Part shown: one piece after another, positions 21,422-34,080 of the stretch | Numbering within the stretch: the stretch's first letter is position 1 | Layout of the letters: every line of letters starts with the position of its first letter | DNA from: an uncultured Thermoleophilia bacterium | GTDB lineage: Bacteria; Actinomycetota; Thermoleophilia; UBA2241 | Assembly: GCA_963715985.1 (NCBI GenBank) | Contig: CAVQSP010000011.1 | Span: forward strand, 224,001 to 288,000 | Reading direction: 5' to 3' | DNA length: 64,000 nt | The notes under the pieces: model-generated | Database searches by the model: none | What the model was told of the DNA's origin: nothing | What the model saw: only the letters and a program-made list of their open reading frames with translations | Translations under genes and position numbers: made by a program

Positions 21422-22294
21422 GTGAGGGAGCCCGCGCCGACGCCGCCGGGCAGCTTCGTCATCGCCGCCGGCACGCGGCTGCACGTGGTGCGGCGCGGAG
21501 AAGGGCCGCCGGTGGTGTACGTGCACGGCGCCAAAGGCTCCGTGTACGACTTCACCCTGTCCGTGGGCGACCGCATCGCGCAGAAGTACACCGCGGTCGC
21601 CATCGACCGGCCCGGGTCCGGCTTCAGCGGACGCCCGGCCGGCGGCGACACCTCGCCGCAGGCCCAGGCCGCCGTGCTGCGCGCCGTGGCCGCGGCGCTC
21701 GGGCTGGAGAGGCCGCTCCTCGTCGGCCACTCCCTGGGAGCGGCCGTGGCGCTCGCCTGGGCGCTTGACGCGCCTCAGGAGGTGGCCGCGGTCGTCACCT
21801 TGGGCGGGTACATGCTCCCGCTCGGCGGCCCGCCCGCGTGGGTGCACGCGCTCCTGCGCTCGCGCACGGTCGCGCGCGCCACAGGTCTCGTGGGCCGCTC
21901 ACGGCTCGCGCGGCCCCTGGTGGAGGCGGCGCTCAGACGCGTCTTCTCACCCGGGAAGGTGCCGCCGGACTACGCCCGCATCGCGCCGGCGCTCGCCCTG
22001 GCCGACGCCAACGTCGTCAACGACGGCGCCGACCGGCAGGCGGCGGAGGCCGGCCTGCGGGCGCTCGCGCCGCGGTACGCCGGGCTCGCCGTCCCCCTCG
22101 TGATCGTGGTCGGCGAGGGCGACCGCATGGTGCCGCCGGCCACGTCGGCGCGCCTGCACGAGCTGGTGCCGGGCTCGGAGCTCGTCAGCCTGCCCGGCAG
22201 CGGGCACATGCCCCAGTTCACGGCGCCGGACGACGTGCTGGCGGCCGTCGACCGTGCCGCTCTGCTGGGCGGCGTGACCGCCCCCGGCGCCTGA
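21422..22294 (+). CDS. Alpha/beta hydrolase
   Basis: VYVHG, DRPGSGFS, GHSLG nucleophile elbow, GEGD, SGHMP. Confidence 0.88.
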   Translation: MREPAPTPPGSFVIAAGTRLHVVRRGEGPPVVYVHGAKGSVYDFTLSVGDRIAQKYTAVAIDRPGSGFSGRPAGGDTSPQAQAAVLRAVAAALGLERPLLVGHSLGAAVALAWALDAPQEVAAVVTLGGYMLPLGGPPAWVHALLRSRTVARATGLVGRSRLARPLVEAALRRVFSPGKVPPDYARIAPALALADANVVNDGADRQAAEAGLRALAPRYAGLAVPLVIVVGEGDRMVPPATSARLHELVPGSELVSLPGSGHMPQFTAPDDVLAAVDRAALLGGVTAPGA

Positions 22295-22313
22295 CCGGCA
22301 CCGCGCCCGGCGT

Positions 22314-22342
22314 TTGCTTCTGCCCCTCCCGCAGCGTACCAT
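22314..22342 (+). promoter_or_regulatory. Sigma-70 promoter of ffs
   Basis: TTGCTT-N17-TACCAT ending 8 nt before the RNA 5' end. Confidence 0.65.
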
Positions 22343-22350
22343 CCTGCACT

Positions 22351-22620
22351 GGTCGCGCTAGGCGGGGAGCCAGCGGTGCCCTGTACCCGCAATCCGCTAC
22401 AGCGGGGCTGAATTCCCGCCCGAGGGACCGTTCCGCGAGGCTGTCAGCCGGCGCGCGGCGTTGAAGGTCGGGTCCTACGCAATGGAACCCTGCGAACCCC
22501 GTCAGGTCCGGGAGGAAGCAGCGGTAAGCAGGCCATTCCATGTGCCGTGGGGTCGCCTGACCGGAGCTTGCGCCCGGCGAGGACGTTCGTCGAACGTGTT
22601 TCGACGGCGGGTGCGCGACC
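22351..22620 (+). ncRNA. ffs: Signal recognition particle RNA, long (Alu-containing) bacterial type
   Basis: Domain IV GAACCCCGTCAGGTCCGGGAGGAAGCAGCGGTAAG; Alu-like 5' part GGGGAGCCAGCGGTGCCCTGTACCCGCAATCCGCT; terminal helix GGTCGCGC/GCGCGACC; lies upstream of dnaX. Confidence 0.92.
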
Positions 22621-22737
22621 ACTTCTTTCCCTCCTGCACGGGGGTAGACTGATGCCCGTAGAGCGCGTCCCCAGACGGAGTGCTCGTGAGCGACTCGCCG
22701 ACACGAAGTGCCGGCAGCGAGGCGGACCGGCCATCCG

Positions 22738-24549
22738 ATGAAGCGCTCTCTGTATCGCGAGTACCGCCCGCAGGCCTTCACCGAGCTCGTCGGCCAGGAC
22801 CACGTCGCACGCACCCTCCGCAACGCGGTGGAGACCGGTTCGGTGGCCCACGCCTACATCTTCGCCGGCCCGCGCGGCACCGGCAAGACGAGTACCGCAC
22901 GCATCCTCGCCAAGGCGCTCAACTGCATCGGCACCGAGGCGGCGCCGGTCACCGCGCCCACCGCCACGCCCTGCGGCGTCTGCCGCCACTGCGTCGGCAT
23001 CGCCGGCGGCGTCTCGCTCGACGTCATCGAGATGGACGCCGCCTCCAACAACGGCGTTGACGACGTCCGCGACCTGCGCGAGAAGATCGCCTTCACGCCC
23101 GTCGATGGTCGCAACAAGATCTACATCATCGATGAGGTCCACATGTTCTCCAACGCGGCCTTCAATGCTCTCCTGAAGACCTTGGAGGAGCCGCCCGCCG
23201 ACGTGGTCTTCGTGCTCGCCACCACCGAGCCGCACAAGATCCCCGAGACCATCGTCTCGCGCTGCCAGCGCTTCGACTTCAGGCGCCCCCAGGTCCGCGA
23301 CATCGCCGCCCTGCTCGCGAGCATCGTGGAGCGCGAGAACGCGCGCTCCGACGAGGAGCGCGGCGGCCCGCGCATCGAGATCCAGGACGCCGCGCTGGAG
23401 GAGATCGCGCGCCACTCGCAGGGCGGCTTCCGTGACGCCATCGGCACGCTGGAGAAGCTGATCACCTACTCCGATGGCGCCATCCGCCCCGCCGACGTCC
23501 TCGAGGCGCTCGGCGTCACCGACGCCGACCTGCTGTTCGAGATCACGGACGTCGTGGCCGAGCGCCGCACCGCGGAGGCGCTGCAGTTCGTGCAACGGCT
23601 GGCCAACGACGGCGCCGACTACACCCAGTTCATCCGCGACCTGCTGCGTCATCTCCGCCAGCTCTTCCTCCTGCAGCACCTGGAGGAGTCGGCGCGGGAC
23701 GCCGCCGTGCTCCGCGCGTTGGGCCAGACGGTCGAGCTCGACGAGCAGCTGCTCGAGCGGCTCCTGCCGCAGGCCAACAGTATGGCGCCGCGCGAGGTCG
23801 TGTACTTCGTCGAGACGCTCGGTGAGGCGCAGCGCGAGATGCGCGACGGCCTCGACCCGCGTCTGCAGCTCGAGCTCGCGCTGGTCAAGGTCACGCGGCC
23901 GCAGCTGGACCACACGGCGGCCGCGCTCGAGGAGCGCCTGCGGCGGCTCGAGGCCGGCGGGGGCACGCCGCACACCGGCCCCGGCCACGGCGCCGCGGCG
24001 CCGGCAGCACAGACGGCTGCGAAGCCCGCCGCACAGGCCCAGCCGGCGGCACGGCCCAGCCCCGCGGAGGCGCAGACTGATGCCGCAGAGGCGGCCCCGG
24101 CCGGCAGCCCCGCCACCCCCCAGGAGGAGGCGCCCGCCGACGCCGCGGCGGCGCCAGCGGGGCCTCCCACCGCGGAGATCACGGTGGACCGCGTGCGCCG
24201 GGCCTGGGAGCTCGTCCTGCAGCGGGTGCAGACGGGCAGCGTAAGCCTGTACGCCACGCTGCGCGACGCCCGCCCCAGCGAGCTGCGCGGCGACGACCTC
24301 ACCGTGAGTCTCCCGTCCGAGTTCGCGTTCACGCGGGCCCGCGAGCCCGGCAACGCCGAGGTGCTGGCCAAGGCCATCGAGGAGGTCCTCGGGCGGCCTC
24401 TCACGCCCGCCTTCGTGCTCGCCGCCGCGGCCGCCTCGCCGGGACCCGAGCAGGCCCCGCCCACACAGCCCGAGACCCTCGACTTCACCGCCTTCATCAA
24501 ACACGCCAAGGGCACCTTCGACGCCGAAGAGGTACCCGACGATTCCTAA
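22738..24549 (+). CDS. dnaX: DNA polymerase III subunit gamma/tau
   Basis: LYREYRP, GPRGTGKT, EMDAASNNGVDD, IIDEVHM, SRCQRF. Confidence 0.95.
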   Translation: MKRSLYREYRPQAFTELVGQDHVARTLRNAVETGSVAHAYIFAGPRGTGKTSTARILAKALNCIGTEAAPVTAPTATPCGVCRHCVGIAGGVSLDVIEMDAASNNGVDDVRDLREKIAFTPVDGRNKIYIIDEVHMFSNAAFNALLKTLEEPPADVVFVLATTEPHKIPETIVSRCQRFDFRRPQVRDIAALLASIVERENARSDEERGGPRIEIQDAALEEIARHSQGGFRDAIGTLEKLITYSDGAIRPADVLEALGVTDADLLFEITDVVAERRTAEALQFVQRLANDGADYTQFIRDLLRHLRQLFLLQHLEESARDAAVLRALGQTVELDEQLLERLLPQANSMAPREVVYFVETLGEAQREMRDGLDPRLQLELALVKVTRPQLDHTAAALEERLRRLEAGGGTPHTGPGHGAAAPAAQTAAKPAAQAQPAARPSPAEAQTDAAEAAPAGSPATPQEEAPADAAAAPAGPPTAEITVDRVRRAWELVLQRVQTGSVSLYATLRDARPSELRGDDLTVSLPSEFAFTRAREPGNAEVLAKAIEEVLGRPLTPAFVLAAAAASPGPEQAPPTQPETLDFTAFIKHAKGTFDAEEVPDDS

Positions 24550-24561
24550 GGAGAGTCCCCC

Positions 24562-24888
24562 GTGGCCAACCCGCAGTACAACAAGATGATGAAGCAGGTC
24601 CAGGAGATGCAGCGCAAGATGGCGCAGGCTCAGGAAGAGCTCACCGTCGAGACCGTCGAGGCCAGCGCCGGCGGCGGCGTGGTCACCGTCGTCGTCACCG
24701 GCAGCCTCGAGGTCAAGGAGGTCCGCATCAAGCCGGAGGCCGTGGACCCCGACGACGTGGACATGCTGCAGGACCTCGTCGTGGCGGCGGTCAACGAGGC
24801 GCTGCGCGCCGCCCAGGACCTTGCCTCACAGAAGCTCGGCGGCGCCACCGGCGGCATCGACCTCCCCAACATCCCCGGCCTGTTCTGA
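24562..24888 (+). CDS. ybaB: YbaB/EbfC nucleoid-associated protein
   Basis: MMKQVQEMQ, AGGGVV, DMLQDLVVAAVNEA; dnaX-ybaB-recR synteny. Confidence 0.93.
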   Translation: MANPQYNKMMKQVQEMQRKMAQAQEELTVETVEASAGGGVVTVVVTGSLEVKEVRIKPEAVDPDDVDMLQDLVVAAVNEALRAAQDLASQKLGGATGGIDLPNIPGLF

Positions 24889-25181
24889 GCGCTGCCGCCG
24901 CCGGCGTGGATGTTCGTGTAGTAGCGACTGCATACAAGCCGCAAACACTCCTGTATGGAGACGGCCGTGGGCGCACGTGCGCAACGGCCACGGCCTCTCG
25001 TCCGCTTCGGGTCGCCGACGCGACATGCAGGCGTGGACGCATCGTGAGAAGGTGCGTGCGCTACCCTTCGTGCGCCTGACGCGGTACAATCTTGCGTTGG
25101 GTCAAAAGGGCCCTGCTGCGCTGCATCCGGGTGTGCAGGATTGTGTATCTGGATGCATACTGTAATCAGAGGAGTGTGCAT

Positions 25182-25784
25182 TTGTATTCGCCTGCTGTCG
25201 AGCGCCTGGTCACCGAGCTCGCCAAGCTTCCCGGCATCGGTCCGCGGACCGCTCAGCGGCTGACCTTCCACCTCCTGCGCCTGCGCCCGGAAGAAGTACT
25301 GCCGCTCGCGGCCGCCATCGTCGACGTCAAGGAGAAGATCGGCTTCTGCAGCCGCTGCTTCAACCTCGCCGAGGGCGACCTCTGCACCGTGTGCGCGGAC
25401 ACGCGCCGCGACCCCAGCGTGCTGTGCGTGGTGGAGCAGCCCTTCGACATCGTGACCATCGAGCGCACGCGGGAGTTCCGCGGCCTCTACCACGTCCTCG
25501 GGGGCGCGCTGAGCCCGCTCGACGGCGTGGAACCCGGCGACCTCCACATCGCCGAGCTGCTGGCTCGCGCCGACGGCGATGTGGACGAAGTGATCCTTGC
25601 CACCAACCCCACCATGACCGGCGAGGCCACTGCCATGTACATCGCGGACATGCTGCCGGAGCGCGTGCGCGTCACGCGCCTGGCCAGCGGCCTGCCGGTG
25701 GGCGGCGACCTCGAATACGCGGACGAACTGACCCTGGGCCGCGCCCTTGCGGGGCGACGCAGCCTGCGGCGAGGAGAGGAGTGA
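25182..25784 (+). CDS. recR: Recombination mediator RecR
   Basis: LPGIGPRTAQR, C4 Zn finger, YHVLGG.LSPLDG, Toprim domain; TTG start after GAGGAG. Confidence 0.95.
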   Translation: MYSPAVERLVTELAKLPGIGPRTAQRLTFHLLRLRPEEVLPLAAAIVDVKEKIGFCSRCFNLAEGDLCTVCADTRRDPSVLCVVEQPFDIVTIERTREFRGLYHVLGGALSPLDGVEPGDLHIAELLARADGDVDEVILATNPTMTGEATAMYIADMLPERVRVTRLASGLPVGGDLEYADELTLGRALAGRRSLRRGEE

Positions 25785-25786
25785 CC

Positions 25787-26389
25787 ATGGCGACCAAGAC
25801 GCCGGACAAAGCGGCAGCGGCGGGCCTCACGGAGATCCGCTGGCACGGCCGCGGCGGCCAGGGCGCGGTGACCGCGGCCAAGATGGTCGCCGAGCTGGCC
25901 CTGGGGCAGCACAAGTTCTTCCAGGCGTTCCCCGAGTACGGGCCCGAGCGCTCAGGGGCGCCCATCGTGGCCTTCACCCGCGTCAGCGACGAGCCCATCC
26001 AGGTGTACGCGGGTGTGGAGCACCCGGGCATCGTCATCGTCCTGGACTCGTCACTGCTGGCCATCGTGGACGTCACCAAGGGCGCGCCCGACGACGCCAT
26101 CGTGCTCGTCAACAGCAGCCGCAGTCCCGCCCTGCTGCGCAAGACCTACGGCATCAAGGGACACAGGCTGTTCACGGTCAACGCGACCAGGATCGCCATC
26201 GAGACGATCAAGCGTCCCATCCCCAACACGCCCATGGTAGGGGCCCTCACGCGCATCACGAGCCTCTTCCCCATCGACGAGGTGGTCGAGTTCCTGCGCC
26301 ACGACTTCGGCAAGAAGTTCCCGCCCAAGGTCGTGGAAGGCAACATCAGCGCCATCATGCGCAGCTACGAGGAGGTCGAAGGCGAATGA
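25787..26389 (+). CDS. porC: Pyruvate/2-oxoacid:ferredoxin oxidoreductase gamma subunit
   Basis: EIRWHGRGGQGAVT, YGPERSGAP, IPNTPMVGA. Confidence 0.92.
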   Translation: MATKTPDKAAAAGLTEIRWHGRGGQGAVTAAKMVAELALGQHKFFQAFPEYGPERSGAPIVAFTRVSDEPIQVYAGVEHPGIVIVLDSSLLAIVDVTKGAPDDAIVLVNSSRSPALLRKTYGIKGHRLFTVNATRIAIETIKRPIPNTPMVGALTRITSLFPIDEVVEFLRHDFGKKFPPKVVEGNISAIMRSYEEVEGE

Positions 26390-26769
26390 CCGTGGAGAAG
26401 AAGGCAGGCGCCAAGCGGCCGGCGCCACCCCGCAAGCCCCGCGCGCGCAAGCCCGTGCGCAAGCCCAAGTGGGACATCAGCGACGTCGCCACCTGGGGCC
26501 CCGAGCGCCACGAGCTGGGCGCCACCATCATCGAGGCCGGCAACTCCTGGTTCAACGAGACGGGCGGCTGGCGAAGCATGGTGCCCCTCATCGAGACGGA
26601 GAAGTGCGACGGCTGCATGCTCTGCTACTTCTACTGTCCGGACTCGTCCATCGTGATCGAGAACGGCAAGGCCGTGGGCATCGACCTGGAGCACTGCAAG
26701 GGCTGCGGTATCTGCGCCAAGGAGTGCCCCACCAAGGCCATCGCCATGAAGACCGACGTCAAGGAGTGA
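26386..26769 (+). CDS. porD: Pyruvate/2-oxoacid:ferredoxin oxidoreductase delta subunit, 2x[4Fe-4S]
   Basis: TGGWR, CDGCMLCYFYCP, CKGCGICAKECP. Confidence 0.9.
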   Translation: MTVEKKAGAKRPAPPRKPRARKPVRKPKWDISDVATWGPERHELGATIIEAGNSWFNETGGWRSMVPLIETEKCDGCMLCYFYCPDSSIVIENGKAVGIDLEHCKGCGICAKECPTKAIAMKTDVKE

Positions 26770-26772
26770 CCA

Positions 26773-27975
26773 GTGGCCACTACCGACACTGAGATCCTGG
26801 CGGTCACAGGCAACGAGGCCGTCGCCGAGGCCATGCGCCAGATCGACCCGGACGTGGTCTGCGCGTATCCCATCACGCCGCAGACCGAGGTCGTGCAGAT
26901 CTACGCCCAGTTCGTCGCCGACGGCGCCGTGAGCACCGAGTTCGTCACGGTCGAGAGCGAGCACTCGGCGATGAGCGCCGTGGTGGGCTCTGCCGCGGGC
27001 GGCGCCCGCACCATGACGGCGACCTCCTCCCAGGGCTTCGCCCTCATGTGGGAGGTCCTCTTCATCGCCGCCAGCTACCGGCTGCCCGTCGTCATGACGA
27101 CGGTCAACCGCGCCCTCAGCGGCCCCATCAACATCCACTGCGACCACAGCGACACGATGGGCGGTCGCGACACCGGGTGGATCCAGCTCTACGGCGAGAA
27201 CCACCAGGAGGCCTACGACAACTGCATCCAGGCCGTGCGCATCGCCGAGCACATGGACGTGCGCCTTCCCGTGATGCACATGCTGGACGGCTACGTCATC
27301 AGCGGCGCCATCGGGCCGCTGCAGATGCTGCACAAGGAGCAGGTGCAGGAGTTCATCGGCCCGTACCGCGCCATCAACCCCATGCTGGACACCAAGAAGC
27401 CGGTCACCGTGGGCCCGTTCGACGGCCTCCACGGCTGGTACTTCGAGCACAAGGTGGCGCAGAACCGCGCCATGGACCGCGCCTTCAAGGTCATCCAGGA
27501 CGTGGCGGACGAGTACGCAGAGCTCAGCGGCCGCCACTACGGCCTGCTGGACCCGTACATGCTCGACGACGCCGAGGTCGCCATCGTGGTGGTGGGCTCC
27601 ACCGCCGGCACCACGCGCATGGTGGTCGACAAGCTGCGCGCCAGGGGCATCAAGGCCGGCATGGTGCGCGTGCGCGCGTTCCGGCCCTTCCCCCACCAGG
27701 CGTTCGCCGAGGCCCTCCAGCACGTCAAGGTCGTCGGCGTGATGGACCGCGCCGACTCCTTCGGCGCCCAGGGCGGCCCGGTGTTCCTCGAGATCCGCGC
27801 CGCCCTCTACGACTGCGACCCACGGCCGCAGGTGCTGCCCTTCATCTACGGGCTCGGCGGGCGCGACATCTTCCCCGACAACATCGAAGACGCCTTCTTG
27901 CAGCTGCAAACGGCGGCGCAGGCCAAGAAGCCTGCCCCCACAGAGCGTCGTTATCTGAACCTTCGCAAGGACTGA
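26773..27975 (+). CDS. porA: Pyruvate/2-oxoacid:ferredoxin oxidoreductase alpha subunit
   Basis: GNEAVA, YPITPQT, ESEHSAMS, TATSSQG, NRALSGPINIHCDH. Confidence 0.93.
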   Translation: MATTDTEILAVTGNEAVAEAMRQIDPDVVCAYPITPQTEVVQIYAQFVADGAVSTEFVTVESEHSAMSAVVGSAAGGARTMTATSSQGFALMWEVLFIAASYRLPVVMTTVNRALSGPINIHCDHSDTMGGRDTGWIQLYGENHQEAYDNCIQAVRIAEHMDVRLPVMHMLDGYVISGAIGPLQMLHKEQVQEFIGPYRAINPMLDTKKPVTVGPFDGLHGWYFEHKVAQNRAMDRAFKVIQDVADEYAELSGRHYGLLDPYMLDDAEVAIVVVGSTAGTTRMVVDKLRARGIKAGMVRVRAFRPFPHQAFAEALQHVKVVGVMDRADSFGAQGGPVFLEIRAALYDCDPRPQVLPFIYGLGGRDIFPDNIEDAFLQLQTAAQAKKPAPTERRYLNLRKD

Positions 27976-27992
27976 GGATCGAGGTGAGCCGC

Positions 27993-28822
27993 ATGGCTCG
28001 GCGTGACGGAAACAACGGCAACGGCGGGGCGGCGGAGCTCAAGGGCTCCGCCCTCTATGAGGTGCTCAAAGGCATCGACTTCGAGCGCCGCGAACTGGTG
28101 GACAAGAGCCGGGGGGTGGGGCTCTTCGACCTCGTGCGCGGCAAGGACGGCGACTACCGCTGCTACTCCTGCACCTTGTGCGAGAAGGCCTGCCCCGTCG
28201 ATTGCATCGAGATCGACTACTGCCCCGAGTTCGACGAGGTCGTGTTCGATCTGGCGGCGGAGCGCGCCGCGGCTCTGGCGACGCTGCCCGGCGAGAGCTG
28301 CGGCGCCGGCGCGGCCTGCGTCATGGGCGAGAAGCCGGCCGGCTTCATGCCCGAGCTGGACATGAAGCTCTTCGACCCGGTCATCGCCGGCATCCGCGAT
28401 GGCTCGGGCCTGGTGCAGGCGTTGCATGCCACCCAGGAGGCCTTCGGCTGGCTGCCGCGCGTGGCCCTCGAGGACATCGCCACCGAGATGAACGTCCCGT
28501 TCTCGCGCGTGTTCGGCGTGGCCAGCTTCTACAGCCAGTTCCGGCTCACGCCGGTGGGCAAGCACGTCATCGACGTGTGCATGGGCACCGCCTGCCACGT
28601 GGCGGGTGCCCCGCTCGTGGTGGAGGCCTTCAGCCAGGAGCTCGAGGTCCCCGTGGGCGGCACCACTGCCGACGGCCTGTTCACGCTGCAGACGGTGAAC
28701 TGTGTGGGCGCCTGCGCCCTCGCGCCGGTGGTGCGCATCGGCGCCGACGAGACCTTCGGGCGCATGGGCCCCAACGAGGCCCGCAAGCTGGTGCGCAAGC
28801 TGCGTAAGGCGGAGGTGCCGGC

Positions 28823-28826
<4 letters not shown>
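27993..28826 (+). CDS. NuoE/HydC-like [2Fe-2S] subunit with extra N-terminal 4Fe-4S motif
   Basis: VASFYSQF, CMGTACHVAG, VNCVGACALAP; N-terminal CYSCTLCEKACP. Confidence 0.88.
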
Positions 28827-30732
<1,906 letters not shown>

Positions 30733-30736
<4 letters not shown>

Positions 30737-33700
30737 GTACCCGGACAAGGACAGCCGTCAAGATCACGGTCAACGGCCGCGAGCTGGCCGCCCGCGAGGG
30801 CGAGACCGTCCTCGACGTGGCGCGGCGCGAGGACATCGACATCCCCGCCCTGTGTCACCAGGAGGGCGTGGCCGCCTGGGGCGCCTGCCGCCTCTGTCTC
30901 GTCGAGGTCGAGGGCACCGACAAGCTTCAGGCCGCCTGCACCACGTGGGTCGCCGACGGCATGAAGGTGGCCACCGACACGCCACGCGTACGCGCCCGGC
31001 GGCAGAGCTACCTCAAGATGTACCTCTCCGACCACAACTCCTACTGTGAGGCGCCGTGCTCGCACGCGTGCCCCACACACATCGACATCCCCGCCTACAT
31101 GGCGGCGCTCGCCTCCGGCGACGCCACCGGTGCAGCTTCCATCGTGCGCGAGGAGCTGCCGTTCCCCGGCATCCTCGGGCGCGTGTGCCCGCGCTACTGC
31201 GAGCCGGTGTGCCGGCGCGGCGACGTGGACGAGCCCATCGCCATCTGCGCCCTGCACCGCGCCGCCGCCGACCACAGCGAGACGCGCCTCATCCCCGGCA
31301 TGCCGAGCGGCAAGCGCGTGGCGGTGGTGGGCGCAGGCCCGGCCGGCCTGGCCGCGGCCTGGTTCCTCACGGAGCGCGGCCACGCGGTCACCATCTACGA
31401 CGCCAACCCGGAGCCGGGCGGCTCTCTGCGCTACAGCATCCCGGAGTTCCGCCTGCCGGCCAGGGTCGTCGAGAAGGAGCTGTCCCCGCTGTGGGAGGCG
31501 GGCGTGCGCTTCGTCGGCGAGGCCGAACTCGGCTATGAGGTGGACACCGACGGCCTGCTGGACGCCGGCTTCCACGCCGTGGTGCTGGGCATGGGCCGCT
31601 GGGAAGAGCCCAAGCACGTGCTCCCGGGCGACGACGCGGCCCACAAGGGACTGGACCTGCTCAAGCGCGTGCGCGACGGCCGCGCCGTCAAGTTCACGCA
31701 GAAGGTGGCCGTGATCGGCGACGGCCTCACGGCCCTCGACGTGGCCCGCACGGCGCGCCGCAAGGGCGCCAAAGAGGTCGTGGTCATCTCGCCGAACCAG
31801 GGTGAGGACATCCCGGCCGGCGCCCGTGACCTGGCGGCGGCTCTCGACGAGGGCGTCAAGTTCGAGTTCGGGGCCCTGGCCAAGCGCGTCAAGGCCAAGG
31901 CCGGCAAGGCCCAGGGCGTGGAGTGCGTGCGCGTGGTCAGCGAACGCGGGCGCACCAGGGAGGTGCGCGGCTCGCGCTTCGACGTGGCCGCCACCACCGT
32001 GGTGATGGCCACCGGCTACTCGCCACGCCTCGGGGACAGCGCCGACTACATCTCCGTCTCGCAGGCCCGCCTGGAGGCGCACCCGGCCACCGGCCGCACG
32101 CCCGACGAGGGCGTCTTCGCGGCCGGCGACGCGGTGGCGCGCTCGCAGTCGGTCATCCACGCGGTGGCCAGCGGCAAGCGCACGGCGCTGTGCATCGACG
32201 CGTGGCTGCGCGGCGAGGACCTCGAGGAGCTGGAGGCCCGGCTCACGCTCTACTCCAGCCTCCCCTACCTCGAGCAGCTCAAGGCCGAGGACGGGCTCGG
32301 CGAGCTCGAACTGCGCCTCGCCGAGCGTGACCCGGTGTGGCTCAAGATGGGCGCGACCGCCGACCCCGGGGCCCGCGCCACCATGCCGCGTGTGGGCCGC
32401 GAGAAGCGCCTCACGGCCACCGACATCGAGGTCGAGAAGGGCTACAGCCTCGCGGCCGCGCGGGCCGAGGCCATGCGCTGCCTGCAGTGCGAGTGCCCGA
32501 GCCTGGGCACCTGCGAGCTGCAGCGCCTCGGCGTGGACTACGGCATCACCGACAACGACCTCGTCGTGAAGGGCTCGCTGGTGCGCCAGGTCGAGCCCCA
32601 GTACGAGCACCCGTTCATCCGCCGCGACATGAGCCGCTGCATCGCCTGCGGGCGCTGCGTGCGCGTGTGCCGCGACGTGGCCGGCCCGGCCTGCTACGAC
32701 TTCACCGGGCGCGGCTTCATGATGAACGTGGACACACCCTACGGCGAAGCCCTGCAGCTGGCCGACTGCATCTCCTGCGGTCGCTGCGTCACCACCTGCC
32801 CCACGGGGGCGCTCACGTTCAACGAGCGTGAGCTCTCATCGTTCCACGTCGACGAGAGCCGCTGCATCATGTGCCGTGAGTGCGTGGGCGCGTGCCCCGT
32901 GGATGCCCTCAAGGAGACCAATCACTTCGAGGACGCCCGCCAGAAGTGGCTCGAGCTCGTCGCGCAGGGCAGCAACCTCGCCGGCGGCCACCGCATGTGC
33001 GCCGGCTGCGGTGCGCCCATCGTTGTGCGCCAGGTGCTCATGGGCACCGACGACCCGGTGGTGGTGAGCGCCGCCACCGGCTGCCTCGAGGTGAGTACGA
33101 CGATCTACCCGTACACCTCGTGGAAGGGCAGCTACATCCACACCGCCTTCGAGAACGCCGCCGCCACGCTCTCCGGCGTCGAGACCGCGTTCCGCGCCCT
33201 CAAGAAGAAGGGCCTCATGAAGGAGAACGTCAAGTTCATCGCCTTCGGCGGCGACGGCGGCACCTATGATATCGGCCTGCAGAGCCTCTCCGGCGCCATG
33301 GAGCGCGGTCACGACATGGTGTACGTCTGCTACGACAACGAGGCCTACATGAACACCGGCTTCCAGCGCTCGGGGGCCACGCCGGAGGGCGCCTGGACCA
33401 CCACCACCCCGGTGGGCAAGGACAGCGCCGGCAAACTGCAGAACCGCAAGAACCTCACCGACATCATGATCGCCCACGGCATCCCCTACGTGGCCCAGGC
33501 CTCGCCGCACGACCCGCGCGACCTGGTACGCAAGGCGGCGAAGGCACTGGCCACACCCGGCCCCGCCTTCCTCAACATCCTCGCGCCGTGCCCGCGCGGC
33601 TGGCGCTCGGACGGAGCTGAGACCATCGAGCTGGCGCGGGAGGCCGTCAACGCCTGCTACTGGCCGTTGTTCGAGGCCGTTGAAGGCGAGCTCCGCCTCA

Positions 33701-33912
33701 CCTACCGCCCGCGCCACAAGCTGCCGCTCATCCCCTGGCTCAAGCGCCAGGGCCGATTCGCCCACCTGTTCAAGCCGGGCAACGAGGCGACCCTGCTCCA
33801 CCTCGAGGCCTGGACGGACCGCGAGTGGGAGAAGCTGCTGGTACGGTGCGGCGAGCCCAGCGAGGCAGACTGGCAGGACGAACTCCAGGCCAACGGCTGC
33901 CTGCTGCGCTAG
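30733..33912 (+). CDS. Fusion: HydA/NuoG-like Fe-S module + GltD/NfnB-like flavin domain + 4Fe-4S motifs + PorB (TPP-binding beta subunit)
   Basis: IPALC/GACRLC/AC [2Fe-2S]; APCSHACP, GRVCPRYC, GAGPAG; CIACGRC, CISCGRC, CIMCREC; HRMCAGCG, TGCLE, GGDGGTYDIG, PCPRGW; a single open frame of ~1059 aa. Confidence 0.9.
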
Positions 33913-34027
33913 CGGCCGAAGGCACCACAGCGAGTGGGGCGCCAACGAGCTGGGGAACCGGCTCGGATGTCGCAGAGCAGGCACACCGCTCAGTAGACCG
34001 GCAGACGGCTACCAGCAATCAAGACCT

Positions 34028-34064
34028 CGAAGGGCCGGGGCGCCTCAGGCGCCCCGGCCCTCGC
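34028..34064. terminator. Hairpin between convergent operons
   Basis: AGGGCCGGGGCGCC-TCA-GGCGCCCCGGCCCT inverted repeat. Confidence 0.6.
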
Positions 34065-34080
34065 CGTGAAGGCCCGCGTG

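Noticed and set aside
22738-24549. dnaX programmed -1 frameshift producing the gamma subunit
   Set aside because: No A-AAA-AAG or poly-A slippery site seen
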